This document shows positions 23,318 through 53,239 of a stretch of 64,000 nucleotides of DNA, one piece after another. The notes under the pieces are model-generated. The model saw only the letters and a program-made list of their open reading frames with translations, did not search any database and was not told where the DNA came from. Each line of letters begins with the position of its first letter. Position 1 is the first letter of the stretch. A program made the translations under genes and the position numbers. The stretch is from Rhodosorus marinus CCMP1338 (lineage: Eukaryota > Plantae > Rhodophyta), in assembly GCA_029953675.1 (NCBI GenBank), contig JAMWBK010000005.1:2232001-2296000 (forward strand), written 5' to 3'.

Positions 23318-24052
23318 ATGCCTATGGAACTACGTAAACGATTGGTGCAAGCGGCGGCGCCAAAGGTTGATACTGCGCCGGCTAAGAAGAAGAAGGCCAA
23401 GAAGGAGAATTCGGGGGGGGAGGAGGTAAAGGCGGAAAGCTCTGGAGGCAAAAAGGGCAAGCTGAGCGTTGGAAGTGCGTTTCCTGCCGTGAAGCTTGAA
23501 GATCAGGATGGAAAGGAGGTTGATCTGAACAAGGTTGCAGAGTCGCACGGGTTTGTTTTGTTCGTGTATCCAAGGGCGAGTACGCCAGGGTGTACGAAGC
23601 AGGCCTGCGGGTTTCGCGATAATCATCAGGAGATTGTCGATGCAGGGTAAGCCCTTTTTGTTTCACACTTGATTCATTTTACCTCCACCCCCCTCCCCCC
23701 CCGCATTTCTCAATGCGGGAGTGAAGAGAAGAGAAAGGGAAGGACGGAAATGGCGCTCTCTCATTATCCGCTATGATCCCATCCGATGCTTAGGTACCAG
23801 GTCTTTGGCATCAGTTCCGACAAGCCCAAGTCCCAGATGACTTTCAAGACCAAGCAAAACCTTCCGTATTCGCTGCTGGCTGATCCAACGATGTCGGCTC
23901 TCAAGGCACTGGGAGTAGCAAAGATGCCTAAATCGGCGATCCGGTCACACTTCATAGTGGGTAAAGGAGGCGTTATAGAAGACATCAAGATCCAGATCTC
24001 ACCCGCAGACTCCGTTGCTGAAGCCACCGCGTTCGTAACAGAGAAGAAATAA
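23318..24052 (+). CDS. PRXQ: Peroxiredoxin Q / BCP (Dot5-like) with Lys-rich N-terminus; exons 23318-23646, 23794-24052
   Basis: FVYPRASTPGCTKQACGFRD (CXXXXC), VFGISSDKPKSQ, LPYSLLADP, IRSHFIVGKGG. Confidence 0.92.
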
Positions 24053-24528
24053 GCGACAATATATTTTTCGACCGAAATTGAAAGGTTCCTTAGGAGCTCC
24101 CAGGGGGTCCACAAGTCCATGCCGGCCGGGCAAGTCCTTCAAGGAGTTTCACTCGCACAAAGAGTGCTCATTAACCTCTTCCTTGTACGCGCACGTTGGC
24201 TTAAACTCCGCTTCGTAAGCGGCAGGCTCCGTTCAATTCCTGAACAAGCCAGTAGGAGAAAGTTTTTCCATGACCCTCATCCACTTTGGTAACCAAAACG
24301 ACTTTCCCTTCCTGAACTTTCTGGTTCCTCGCTTATCCCAACCTGCCCACTTGCCACGCGCTGTGGTGCGAACAAAAGCCGGCTGCAATCGGCCACTGGA
24401 TCACATCAATACTCAGCCAGGTGGGTCTCCTCCAGTCGAGTCGAATCCGGATCCCACACTGGACATCCAGCAGTCCATTCATTTTCGAGCACAAGGGACA
24501 ATGCTATAGTCACGCCACCATCGGATTT

Positions 24529-26737
24529 CTAAGCCTGGACCCAGTCAAAGTCTTTGTAAACGGATCTCAGCTGGTTGGCCATTTGAGACTCCACCTCATG
24601 ATCAGGCTTTCTGCTTGGAGGTCTCGGTGACAGGTCCAACAATCCCTCAATGACCTGGTGCGGACAGCACGCATAAACAACCGCAATTGTTAGGAAGGCA
24701 CTCGAAGCGGTAAGCGATTGAAGGGTGATTCTGGCCAGCTCATTACCTCAAAGCCGAGTCTACCGTTGAAGCTCTCTGCGTCTTCAATTACGTGTGCGTA
24801 TCCGAAGGCGAGTCCGAATTCGACGTTGAAGTAGGGAAAGCCCTTTGGAATCATGCTCCGAATGCTGCGTCCGTTCGATTCTAACAGCTTCTTATGTTGC
24901 GACCACTCAGGACCCTCAGTAAGCAGGGCCTGAGTACATGGATAAGAACCAAAACAAATGAGGTTTGACAGCTTAGATAGCTGCATAGACGGCTTGGTGT
25001 CCATCACAGGATAAGTAGTGGCCGTTTCTGAAGATAAGGTATTGAGCAAATGGACGGTCTCCTCCGCGGCTTGTGAAGAGGAGCCATACCTGTTTGAAGT
25101 AGCCAGGCGCTGCAGAGGCGTCCTTGCGAGAGAGGGGAATACAGTGGATGGCCATGTGACGGTTACTTCTCGATTCAGATGCAGTTTCGAAGAAAACAAC
25201 TTCCTTCTGCTCCTTCTCGAAGAACATTTTCGCGAGGCTCTGGCGGTACTTTTGAAGCTCATCGAAGACCTCCTCTGCGAGCTCTGTACTCGATCCCTGA
25301 TGTAGACGAGCCGGGTTTTGTGCTTCAGCAGCCAAAGAAATCTCTCATAATTGGGAACGGAGCATGGGGTCCCGTCCTCCTGGCGCTCACCTCGTGGTCG
25401 AAGGGGACAATCAGGCAGTGGCCATGGGCGAGGGGGTTTCTCGGCACGACGAGATAGCTCTCCGGAGCCACGGAAAAAACTCGATGCCATCCAGTGGCCT
25501 TATCCCTAAGGCAAAGCCCGCAGTTGTCCATCGCCTTCTTACTGGCGGATACCATAGACTTAACTCGCTTGACGTCCTTCCCTGCTCGAACCTCGTCCTT
25601 TCTTCTCCGCTTCTCGGTCATTGTATCGTTCTGCGAGAGATAAAATTGGATAGTGAAAGAACCAGAAGTTCAGTTCATCTTGAAAGCACGACGAATTGCA
25701 TGCACAGCGCCCTTCCATTTCTTATGAAGAAGAAGCTCGTTAAGGAACATCATCCGCACGAAAAAAAAGGGGGACATGAAGATCGTTCAACGAGTCGGTA
25801 GCCTAGCTAGGCTTGGGATTTTCGAGCTCCCGATAGATTGCAATGTAAAGAACCTAGCTACTCGTCTTGACGAAGATCAGCTCGGTACCGAATCACTTGA
25901 CGACCAGCGCCGGTGTCCCCGCGAACCCCAGAGGAACGGGTAGACTGGTACGAGCTTATCCTCGAGTCCGTCTACGTGGAAGTTAAGATCCAGCTGTTGT
26001 TGCGACTCCAACGGGCGGTAAACGATGTCCTGTGCATTAATCATAGTGCTTGCGGACAACATGGAAGAAGGAAAAATCGGGAGGGGTTGGCAGTATTTCA
26101 TTACCATGGGCGCATCTTCATATTCTTCCTCGTCAGCTTTTCGAGAAAGGACTGATCGGAGATTGTTATAGTCTGCATTGTCCTGCCTCGACTCGAGCTT
26201 CCTCCTCACCATTGCCTCGGTCATCTTCGTCTCCATTCCTTCCGCGTCGACTTTATCGATCCGAGCGGATCTCTCCTCAAGGTTGTAATTCGAAGGTTTC
26301 GGTTTCGTACGAGCTTGGATTCTCATCCTAAGCAACCTCGCAGCGTCCTGGTTCGATCCACCCGTAGCTTCTTCAGGTTTATCTGGTGTTTGACGTGGAT
26401 CTTCATGTGGCTCAGCGACAAGTTCGTCATTCTGCGGGTTGTTGGGCTCCTTCTCAGGATAAGTCTCCCTGTGAACCTCGATTTCCCGGACAGCCTCAGG
26501 TTCGGCTTCGCTGTCCGAACTGACCTCTGCGTATCCTCTCGGATCATGGCCCTTCTCCTTCTTCTCCTTCTTTTCTTTCTTGTGCTTCTTATGCTTCTTG
26601 TCTGTCCTGTCCTTTTTTTCCTTCTTGTGCTTTTTCCTCTCCTTCTTCTCCTTCTTCTCCTTCCTCTCCCTTTTCTCCTTTTTCTCCTTCTTGTGTTTCA
26701 AGCCGGTATCTTCACCGTCTTCAGCATGGGATCCCAT
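24529..26737 (-). CDS. CWF19L2: CWF19-like protein 2 (spliceosome / lariat-associated, CwfJ domains)
   Basis: Lys/Glu-rich N-terminus; DNCGLCL...GHCLIVPFDHE; EVVFFETA...HMAIHCIPL; PGYFKQALL..EWSQHKKL; IPKGFPYFNVEFGL; ends FDWVQA*. Splicing between about 26100 and 25635 is unresolved. Confidence 0.85.
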
Positions 26738-27835
26738 TCTCGCTTGACCCGAAGTTGGAAAGCAAACTCCACGGTAGATCCAGATACCTGACTGCTTCTT
26801 TATTGCGCTCTGATTGCTCCAAGAGCGGTCGTCCGTTTGCGTGCCAATGAAACTATATCACATGATTCATTGGCATCAAAGGTGGGTCTAAGAGAATTTG
26901 ATTCCAAAATTCCCTCAAAAAGTAGCTAGCTTCAAGCACATCGTCTCTGAAAACGCTGAGAAGGTGCCGTTGTCTCAACCCATTCACCTCTTCGACAACT
27001 ACTGCGAACACGTTCTCGACCTGTGCACTCTAACTAATCACATATAGACGGAGTTGAACAGCTTCAAAACGACAGTTCCGTTTCAGCCAATTATCATGCC
27101 GAAGAAATCCATTTTGTCCAATAGGGACAATATCAGGAAAACTGGACTACATTTATTCACACGCTCAAAATAATTCTATGAGCAGGTGCGAAGTTTAGAC
27201 GACTTGATCTGTGTGGGTACTTCATTGGACGTATTTTCAACGAAATATCCAATCGAAGCAGTGATACATATATTTATTTTCTTGTTTCAGGATATTTGGT
27301 TGCAACTGGATGACATGTATGTGCTCTAGGTTTTACTGTGAAACTAACAACCCCGGATGGGTGTGTTGAAAGCAGTCCCGCTGGCTGGTGATTGTGTACG
27401 GGCGAAGGCCGGCTTATCTCCTCTAGAGAAGACCACCCGTGAATACACTCACCCTTTCGAAGGCAACTCTGCCTGGAACCTGAGTGTTTTAAGGGGATCG
27501 GCGTTAGTGTTGACCGTACAGCCTCTGCGCGTGTGACGCAAGAGTTTCTGGGTCTCCGACAAGCCTAGGACGGCAGTTTCTCGAGCTTGCAGAACGCGTC
27601 TTGTTTATCCACAGCGGGTCGGTCTATCCCCACGCGCGAAAGAACCGCCTGTGTCGACGTTTGGTTTACACTATTCACTGAATAGTTTTAATGTAGGGAG
27701 GAAATTTACGTAATATTTTACTTTTTGTGCTAAATAATCTCTGAACGAAGTGGGTTCCAGCCCGGAGACTTTCGATTTCGAAAGGAGCAGTTTCCGACAG
27801 GATTTGGAATACCGAAGGCGGGGAATTCCTCGCAG

Positions 27836-28966
27836 TTAAACAATTCGGTTGACTGTCTGCGCAAAATGTCGTCCTTGTCTCATGGCGATCTTTCTTTCCA
27901 TAGTCGAAGGAGTTTTGATTCCGTCGATTCCCGTTATGCAATTGGACCCGAACGGGGACATGCTCTCGATCTGGTGGCGGTCACGTGAGTGCCCTGCAGC
28001 GGGTAGGGGAACAAACATCATGCCATGATGCGCAAACAGGGTAATTAAGGAAAGCGCAGTGGCTTCACTGCCTGCACCTTGAGATGGCGACGACGTGAAA
28101 ACACCTGCAGCCTTGCCGATCAGGGCACCCTTTAGCCACAGGCCTCCAGTAGATTCAAAGAAAGCTTTCATTGGGGCAGGGACCGACCCCATCCGGCTGC
28201 TCACCCCGAACACGAATCCGTCTGCCTCCGGAAAATGCCGGATTTCCGTCCGAGTGAGGACTGGATGGGAGTATGTATAGGAGCTCGTCGCGTTAATCTT
28301 CTCAAGGAATTCTCGAGGGTAGATTTCCTCGACCTGGTAGATAAACGCTTCACAGTCACCTTGCGATTGGATCCCTCTCTTCATCTCGTCGGCCATAATT
28401 CCCAAGTTCCCAAAAAGCGAATCTAGAACGTTTCCATGGTCAAAGCGTGAGCTGGAGGTCAACAACTTAACATAAAACGCATGAAAATACAAGTTCAATA
28501 CTCACAATATATAATAATGATCTTCTTTACACCCCGCGGCCTCTCCCAAAAGTTACCCTGATCCTGCGCACTCGTCAGCTTCGCCCCTCTCGCCAACGAG
28601 AGAGCATCCTCTAGATCAACTTCCTGAGCCAAGTTCAGAGCGCATAACTATTTTTCAGTCCTCTCTACCAGAGAAGGGCATGCAAACAAGTACGAGCTAC
28701 AAATCGAATTCCATTCTCTCCTGAAAGAATCGCGCAGCGACTTCCAAGTTGCCCCACGCTGCTACTCTGCAAAGGTGGAGCAGCACTCTTCCGAAAAAAC
28801 AGAAAAAGACCCCATCTCAAAAGAGACCAAAAATTTTGGGTGGCATTTGCCACTTTGTTCCCACCTCCTCAACGACGACCTCGTCCTCATCATCAGCCCA
28901 CTCTTCCCAATCCGAATCCTCCTCCGATCTAGATTCCTCGGAGATCACTTCCTCAACTTCTGACAT
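27836..28966 (-). CDS. wrbA: WrbA/Pst2-like flavodoxin-fold NAD(P)H:quinone oxidoreductase with an apparent acidic N-terminal extension
   Basis: After splicing KKIIIIYYSLFGN; ADGFVFGVSSRMG; MKAFFESTGGLWLKGALIGKAAGVFTS; LFAHHGMMFVPL; SPFGS. The core domain is solid; the 5' exons and start at 28966 are tentative. Confidence 0.8.
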
Positions 28967-30867
28967 TCTTCAAATACTGTGTGATCCTAGTATTGCTTCT
29001 CCTGGTTGTTCAGCTTCGGTTGTGAATCTGTCTCGCAAGACGATGATCGCCGGATCGAACCCTTCCCCCTCCCTTCCACATCTCCAAGACCGCTATATGC
29101 TGTTGGTTTCAACCCGGGAAGGTGTAGGAGCCCGTGCGGTGGGTTAAGCGCGAAAGTGGTCGCTTCCCTTTTGAACTAAGAAAAAAAGGAACTTGCTCCT
29201 CACAATCAACCATGGAAAGTGTTGCTTTGAGGAATAGTTTGAAGCGAACAACACAAGTAAGTCGCATCACCCCAACCAACTTTGGATGAGCAGCGATGGG
29301 AACCCGGGGATAGGTGGGGTTGCGACGTTATAAGAGGCTACAGAGTACAAGCTATGCCATGCAAAATGATCATGAGCTTGGCTAGACGCTCGCTACAGGA
29401 TTACCAGAGGCAGCTCAGTTCTCAAACACTTCAATAAATGCTAAACGAAATCTGTCGACGGTGCCCGAATCAAAAATGTGACCATTCGGACGTCATGGCA
29501 ACAAAAGTCGGAACGGCCTTTCAGAATGCTGAGCTAGGCTTACTTTAGTACGAGAAAACTACAAAACGATGTCTCCCTGACATCCAGCCTCGCTCAACTC
29601 GGGACGAGTCTTCCCGGTCCGTTAGCATGAGCAAAACAACCTTGTTGGCTATCATGAGAATCATGCAAAAAAAAAAAGGCACAAGAGCATCCAGAGATGC
29701 GTGAAGAGCCACTATCCAGAACAGCTACTAAACCGAACACAGCCAATCCCAAACCGTCCCCGACTAATTCCTCGTTCATCCATTTCCACTATGGTCACCT
29801 TCCACCCGAGCAAAAAGTAAGAAACAAAATACACCGACCGAGATACGTTCTCGTGTTTCGGACAGGCTGTCCCAAAATTCACATGAATGCGGATTTCTGG
29901 TGCTGGCGAGAGATTTCTAATTTTTTCCTCGCTCGGATTTTGGAAGAACGTACTTTTGGTTTATGTATGAAGGCGTGAGGAGGTTTTCTTCTTTGTCGAA
30001 TTCGTTGCTGAAGATGGAAGTTGGATTCTGGGAAGGAGCATGACAAGGATCCCACGCCTAGTACTTGTCATGTGCAATTTAATGTTTTTTGATGGTCTCG
30101 CTGGATTCCGGATCTAGTCTTCGTTTTGCAGCTCAGTCGTCGATCCTTCGGAAACCAGAAGAGGTCGCCGTCTCGTCAAGACATTTCTCAGCAACTGAAT
30201 CTAAGGACGAGGGGGACTTTGGGGTGATTCTTATGAGATTTGCGCTGCAGTAGGCTAAACAACACATAGTGTAACATTCCGACCATTCCTCCCATTTCAT
30301 CCTGGATATCTGAACAGAAGAAACCAGCCGAGATATGTTTTTTGTGGAGGACATGCTGTCCCTACGTATGCAACGCTGAATGTGGGTTTTTGACCATGTT
30401 TGCGAGGATTTGTGAAAAGAAAAAAAATTTCGTATTGAAGAGGACGGCTTTGGATGGAACAGCTAGTTAGCAGAAATTGTTTTCGTTGAGAGAGGAATTT
30501 GTGGTTGTACGTTTTGATGAGGGTAGTGGATTTGTATAGATTCATTGTCGCTTATGAGCAGTTTTAGTTTTCAGCGTTTTTTCGTGGATTCGGATCTAGT
30601 TGTAGCTTAAAAACTGGAGCTGTGGATATCCTGAGGATGCTTCCGATGATGGATTGATGCACGTGAAGAGGTGCTAATTCTTCTTTGGGATTGTGGAATC
30701 GGACCTAGTGGTACTTTGAGGCTGAAGCTTGTGTGATCCTGGGCAAGGGGAACCAGTCTGTCGCCGATTCTGTTTTCTGATGATGAGGTGGTCTTCTGAG
30801 ATGCTGGGCTGATGCGTATGGGACGTGTTGCACGTATTTTGCTGTTCGTGTAAACTTGGTTTTGGGT

Positions 30868-43447
<12,580 letters not shown>

Positions 43448-44445
43448 TCTTCGCCTGTAAAAAAAATTTAGCTTAGAAAAAGAAGTTATTACTCGTCTAT
43501 CCAGTCATGAGCATCCAGCAACCTGTTGTTCTTCGGTCACTCTGCAAGAACCCTAGTCGCTCACTAATGGTGCAGGACGCTGTCCCAGACAGTCCCTTTC
43601 TTGAGGCAGGATTAGGATCTCCTTTCGTATCGGACGTTACCTTTTGACGTTACATCGAGTAACGAATAATAGCGTGATGGTGGTGAGACTTTGGAGAACA
43701 TGAACCTCCCACCAGGTCCCGTGCATTCCGTCACACTTGGTACGGTACAGCCACCAGAAGCAAAGATCCATCGGGGTTCATGACCTCGAACTCTTCCCTG
43801 TGAAGGATTTGGGAGTCATGCCCGAGCGCGCTTCCTCACAGAAGCTGCGGAACTTCTACACGGCGAATTTGACTCCCAAACCCTAGTGCGAGTGGATTTG
43901 AACCGGCTCCTATGGCGTGGTACGGCTCGGCTGGCGATTCATGCCGTGCTTTGGGGATGATAATGTCCGGACACTGATTCCCATAGAACGTAGTGCCTTA
44001 TCCCGCTTACGGGTTTCCTTAACCTACAATAATCTGCGTTTCTTTCGTATCCGTAGCGCTACACCCAGATGCTGAAGCAAATGGAGACGAACCTTCCACC
44101 AAAACAGCGGGGACGTGACGTACACGACCTGTTCCTTTCAGTATCAGAGGTCAGGTGCGCTGGTTTGACTACTTGGTCCAGACGGAACCCTTCGAACTCG
44201 AAGAATCTGTGGATAGAATGTGCCAACAACTGCACAAGGAGACACATCTGCATGGTTCTATATAGCAGACAGTGTTTGAGGAGGTTGAGTAAGAGGAGAT
44301 GGGAATCGATGGGTTCTGGAGAAGCTATTTAAGGACTGGGGAACGGTAAGAGGACAACTTAGTAAAAAGCGTTTGTGGTGCGGTGAAGTGATCAGGTTTG
44401 GTTTTGGGTGTGAGGTGACGGGAATGAACGAGGGAGCTTGAAAGG

Positions 44446-49824
<5,379 letters not shown>

Positions 49825-50019
49825 CTGCTTGCTAGAATAGAAACTTGTATATATTGCAGCTAAATCATAACTCCACACCCATACCACCTCCACCTCCCAA
49901 GTCAACCCTAGTATGGCCTCGACATACGCCTCCCGCAAGACTTGACATTTGCCACACCTAGGAACAAGAGGAAATTTCGTTGATCCTCAAAGAAGACCAT
50001 CACAGGGGGAGTAAAAGAG

Positions 50020-50213
50020 GTGCTCCGCAACAGAAAGCAGTGCGAAATCTGAGCAAAGCGCGGTAAACGGGCGTGGCAAGCCACTAACCAAACATAAACC
50101 CCTCCAGAAAAATATTTGTAACAAAAGCATCTAAAATTTAGATGCATCAAGTTGTTACACTTGATAGAACAGATACTACACTTGATCTTAGCCAAAAGGC
50201 CGAGAAGATACCT
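50020..50213 (-). ncRNA. U2: U2 spliceosomal snRNA
   Basis: The minus strand reads TATCTTCTCGGCCTTTTGGCTAAGATCAAGTGTAGTATCTGTTCT with branch-site recognition GUAGUA (50174-50179). Also present: stem IIa ATCAAG-TGTAACAA-CTTGAT, its IIc complement TTGTTACA, stem IIb GCATCTAA/TTAGATGC, Sm site AATATTTTTCTGG and a 3' stem IV with a 13-nt loop. About 193 nt. Confidence 0.97.
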
Positions 50214-50253
50214 TCCGAAACCCTCATCAACCCCTTCCCGAGTTCCACAGCTA

Positions 50254-50261
50254 CTTATATA
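50254..50261 (-). promoter_or_regulatory. TATA-like box (TATATAAG) upstream of U2
   Basis: Located about 41-48 nt upstream of the inferred U2 5' end; function inferred only from position. Confidence 0.4.
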
Positions 50262-51972
50262 CCTTTTCCCTCGAGCGATTTCATTAAATCCAATTGTGGG
50301 TTTAATCACACCGCCTCTAAAACTTTAAAAATTCCATTTAGTATTCTTACACCGCACCAGGGAACGCTAAGAGCAATATAGAGCGACTTCGGGAATATAG
50401 GTTTTTTAGCGTTAATTCCGTTTCCTTAACGCACAAATGTTGGTTTATATGGTTTATATGGTTTCAGCCATCCGGCATCCCTCAGAATCGACAATTCCGC
50501 TTTTGCTTTGTACTGTGAAGGACTTATTGTTTCAAGTCCTCCATTCCGCGGTTCCTCCTAAAACGGAACCACCCTGTAAATAAACAGAAGCGGCGGGATT
50601 CGACGGCAAGCTCGATGATCCTTGTGCGAGAGGGTCAAGGAGCAGTGGAAATATCAAATCTGTGTTATTTGCGAAATTTTGTATTCGATCAATATTACTC
50701 CGGACGCCTGCACTGAGGGACAGAATTCTTGTAGGACTGGTTGAAGGCGAGAAGTATTGCGCGTTCACAGCGTTAACTCGGACCGTTGCGGTACCCGAAA
50801 CGAATCATATGAGAAGTATTATGCGGGAGAGGATCGTGAGAGAAGATGGGTTAGTAGAAGATATCATCCTAAGCGTCAGTTAAGCATCGATAGCTGGTTC
50901 ATTGTTAGTTACATTGAGTCCACACGTCCAAAGCTCACCCACTGGCAAGAAATACAATCTCATCCGCGTGGACGAACGTTGGTCATCCGCACGCAAGACC
51001 TCTTATTATCTCGTGTCTTGTCAATAGTTTGATACGTATGCCTATCTAGGAAAACGTTCAAGGTTGCCGTATTTTGGAGAATTCAAAGCGTCTCAACCGA
51101 GCTCATTCCAGTTCATTCAAAGTCTAACCAACTATCTCAATCTCTGCCTCATTTCAGACACCCTTAAATGGCTCAATAGTATCATCAATGCGGTCTTCCA
51201 GAAGACCATCCACGTCCGAAGGTCTGGACGCACCTGCGGCGGGTTTGCCTCAATATAAAGAGCAATTCAAAAACGCGTATACTTAGGTCAGCTAACAAGC
51301 TGGGTCTAGTAGAGCCACCGGCTTTCCTACTGCCTTGTGAGCGCACCGTCATTGTCCAGATTTGACTTTCTTGTGCACTTGCCCTCCCCGCATCAACTTG
51401 TTAAGAAGGAAACCTGCTGCTTGAATCTGCGGAGCAGCACCCAGAGCACACTGTGGTCAGCTGCGATCGCCAAGGTAGGCACATAGATTGCGACAGTAGG
51501 TAGTCCATGAAACTCAGGTCAACTTTTCGAGTTTTGTTTTAAGAAGACGGAAGTCGATACTTCATGACTGCCCGCGAAAAACCGAAGTGCAAAACCAGGA
51601 CAAGGCCTTTCGATGAAATTTGGATGTACCAATACTCGCTGTCCCAAATGTGGCTTGCAAGCGCTCCATTGCTTGCTACTGCGGCGCTCTAAAACAGCAA
51701 AACTACAACAATACCAGCAGGTAGAGACCTAATGCATCCTAGTGAACCCATCATATTCAAGATCAGCTGATCTCCACCTGTGACAATACAAAGCGCTTCC
51801 CTTTTCGCAATTAGTGCCCGAGAGATTTTTCGCCTCTTGGGCGAGCACCACTCCCTACTGCGAGCCTAATGCACCATGGAATTTTGAACCTTTACTTCAT
51901 CAAATGGTCTAAAGAACACACGCCCAAAGGCTCAGGCCGCAATATCCTATAGGTTTAGAAACCACTAAACGC

Positions 51973-52831
51973 TTAACTGACTGGGTAGCCAGTGGGTGTG
52001 AACACGCCGGACTTGAGCTGACTGATGGCACCCTATTCAGGACAAAACGAAAGATCATTCCTATCAGTATCTCGAGCACTTGTTAGAAACAAAGATAAAA
52101 GGCTCGGTGCATACCTGCTTGGTCAAAAGGGCCTGGTGGATGAAACCTCCAATTGCGATCATTGCAAGACGGCCATTCTTAATCTCGGCAGCCTTATACC
52201 AGGTGAGAGACTTATCGCTCCTGCCAAGATTCAGCGGATCGAATCCATACACTCCAGGCTCCCAGTTCTCAGTGTAATAAATCTTATCAAACGAAATTGC
52301 TTCGCAGGTAAGCACGAACAACAGGATCTGAATGAGTCCAGCCTTGGGGACCTGGTTGAACGCATCCAGCGGGTTGGTGTTCGAAAAGACATCAGCGGGC
52401 AGGTGTATAAACTCGGGGAATACCCATCCGAGAACCGCAAGCACTAGTGACGAAAATCAAACCAGAACGCAGAAGGGGCAAAGTCAGGTTTCCCTCTTGT
52501 TAATCCAGCTTCAAACTGTTAACCTTCTCCAACATCTTGAATACAATGCCAGCAAGAAACGAGAATGGGAGCAGGAAGACTTACTGCAAATACGGCCATG
52601 CTTAATCTCCGCCTCCTGCAAGAACTTCAAGTCGTACATGCTGGAGAAACCGAGCGGGTCGAAGTCCGCAAAAGCTGGGGCGTTCGGGTCGAGTGTTGGT
52701 ACGCTGTCAAGGAAGGGCACCGACGCAGACGCCTTCATGGTGACGGTCGCCGCAGACTTGGGCACCCTGGCGCAAACTCGCGATCCATGGAAGGAAGATT
52801 TGGTTACCGTGACTCCAGAAACAAAGGCCAT
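51973..52831 (-). CDS. Lhcr: Red-algal-type light-harvesting complex I protein; exons 52831-52585, 52443-52115, 52032-51973
   Basis: Transit peptide MAFVSG...; ASVPFL; FDPLGFS; LQEAEIKHGRICMLAVLG; GFDPLNL; AAEIKNGRLAMIAIGG; ends GAISQLKSGVFTPTGYPVS*. Confidence 0.95.
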
Positions 52832-53239
52832 TTTTTTTCTCACACAATCTGAGCACCAACTATCTTGAAAGCCTCTCGAAAACAACAAAACCACAAACTA
52901 CAACCTCCCCCAACCTCTCTCACACTCCTTTCCCCGTTTCCCCTTCACATCCACAACCACTGCTTAGCTCCTCTCTTTTTTGACCCAGAGCCCCATTCAT
53001 CCCATTCCCAGAAATCCCTCTACGCCCAGTACAAGAACACCTCTATCTCTAGCGACAAAACTATTGCAAAATTCAAAACAACTGGGAGGGACAATCTGAC
53101 CCAAGAGCCAAAATTGAAGGCCGATCCCAATCTAGCACATGTATTCTCTATAAAATCCTATATTGTAAACTATTTCCAATTTTATAGTAATTTAGCAACT
53201 AATCTCAGATACTGTCTTTATTTAGAGAAAGCTACATCT

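Noticed and set aside
27451-27500. CCCTT...GAACCTGA resembles a TPP riboswitch
   Set aside because: No upstream GCTGAGA element or P5 motif, and no thiamine gene nearby.
43890-43910. B-box-like GGTTCAAATCC on the minus strand (a similar GGTTCGATCC lies near 29052)
   Set aside because: No T-stem pairing or cloverleaf, so not a tRNA.
43955-43983. GGG-ATGATAA-TGTCCGGACA-CTGA-TTCCC looks like a mini box C/D motif
   Set aside because: Box C is imperfect at the G-C pair and there is no room for a guide sequence.
50598-50608. GGATTCGACGG resembles the tmRNA 5' motif
   Set aside because: No GGGG acceptor stem start and no T-arm/CCA 3' end; nuclear context.
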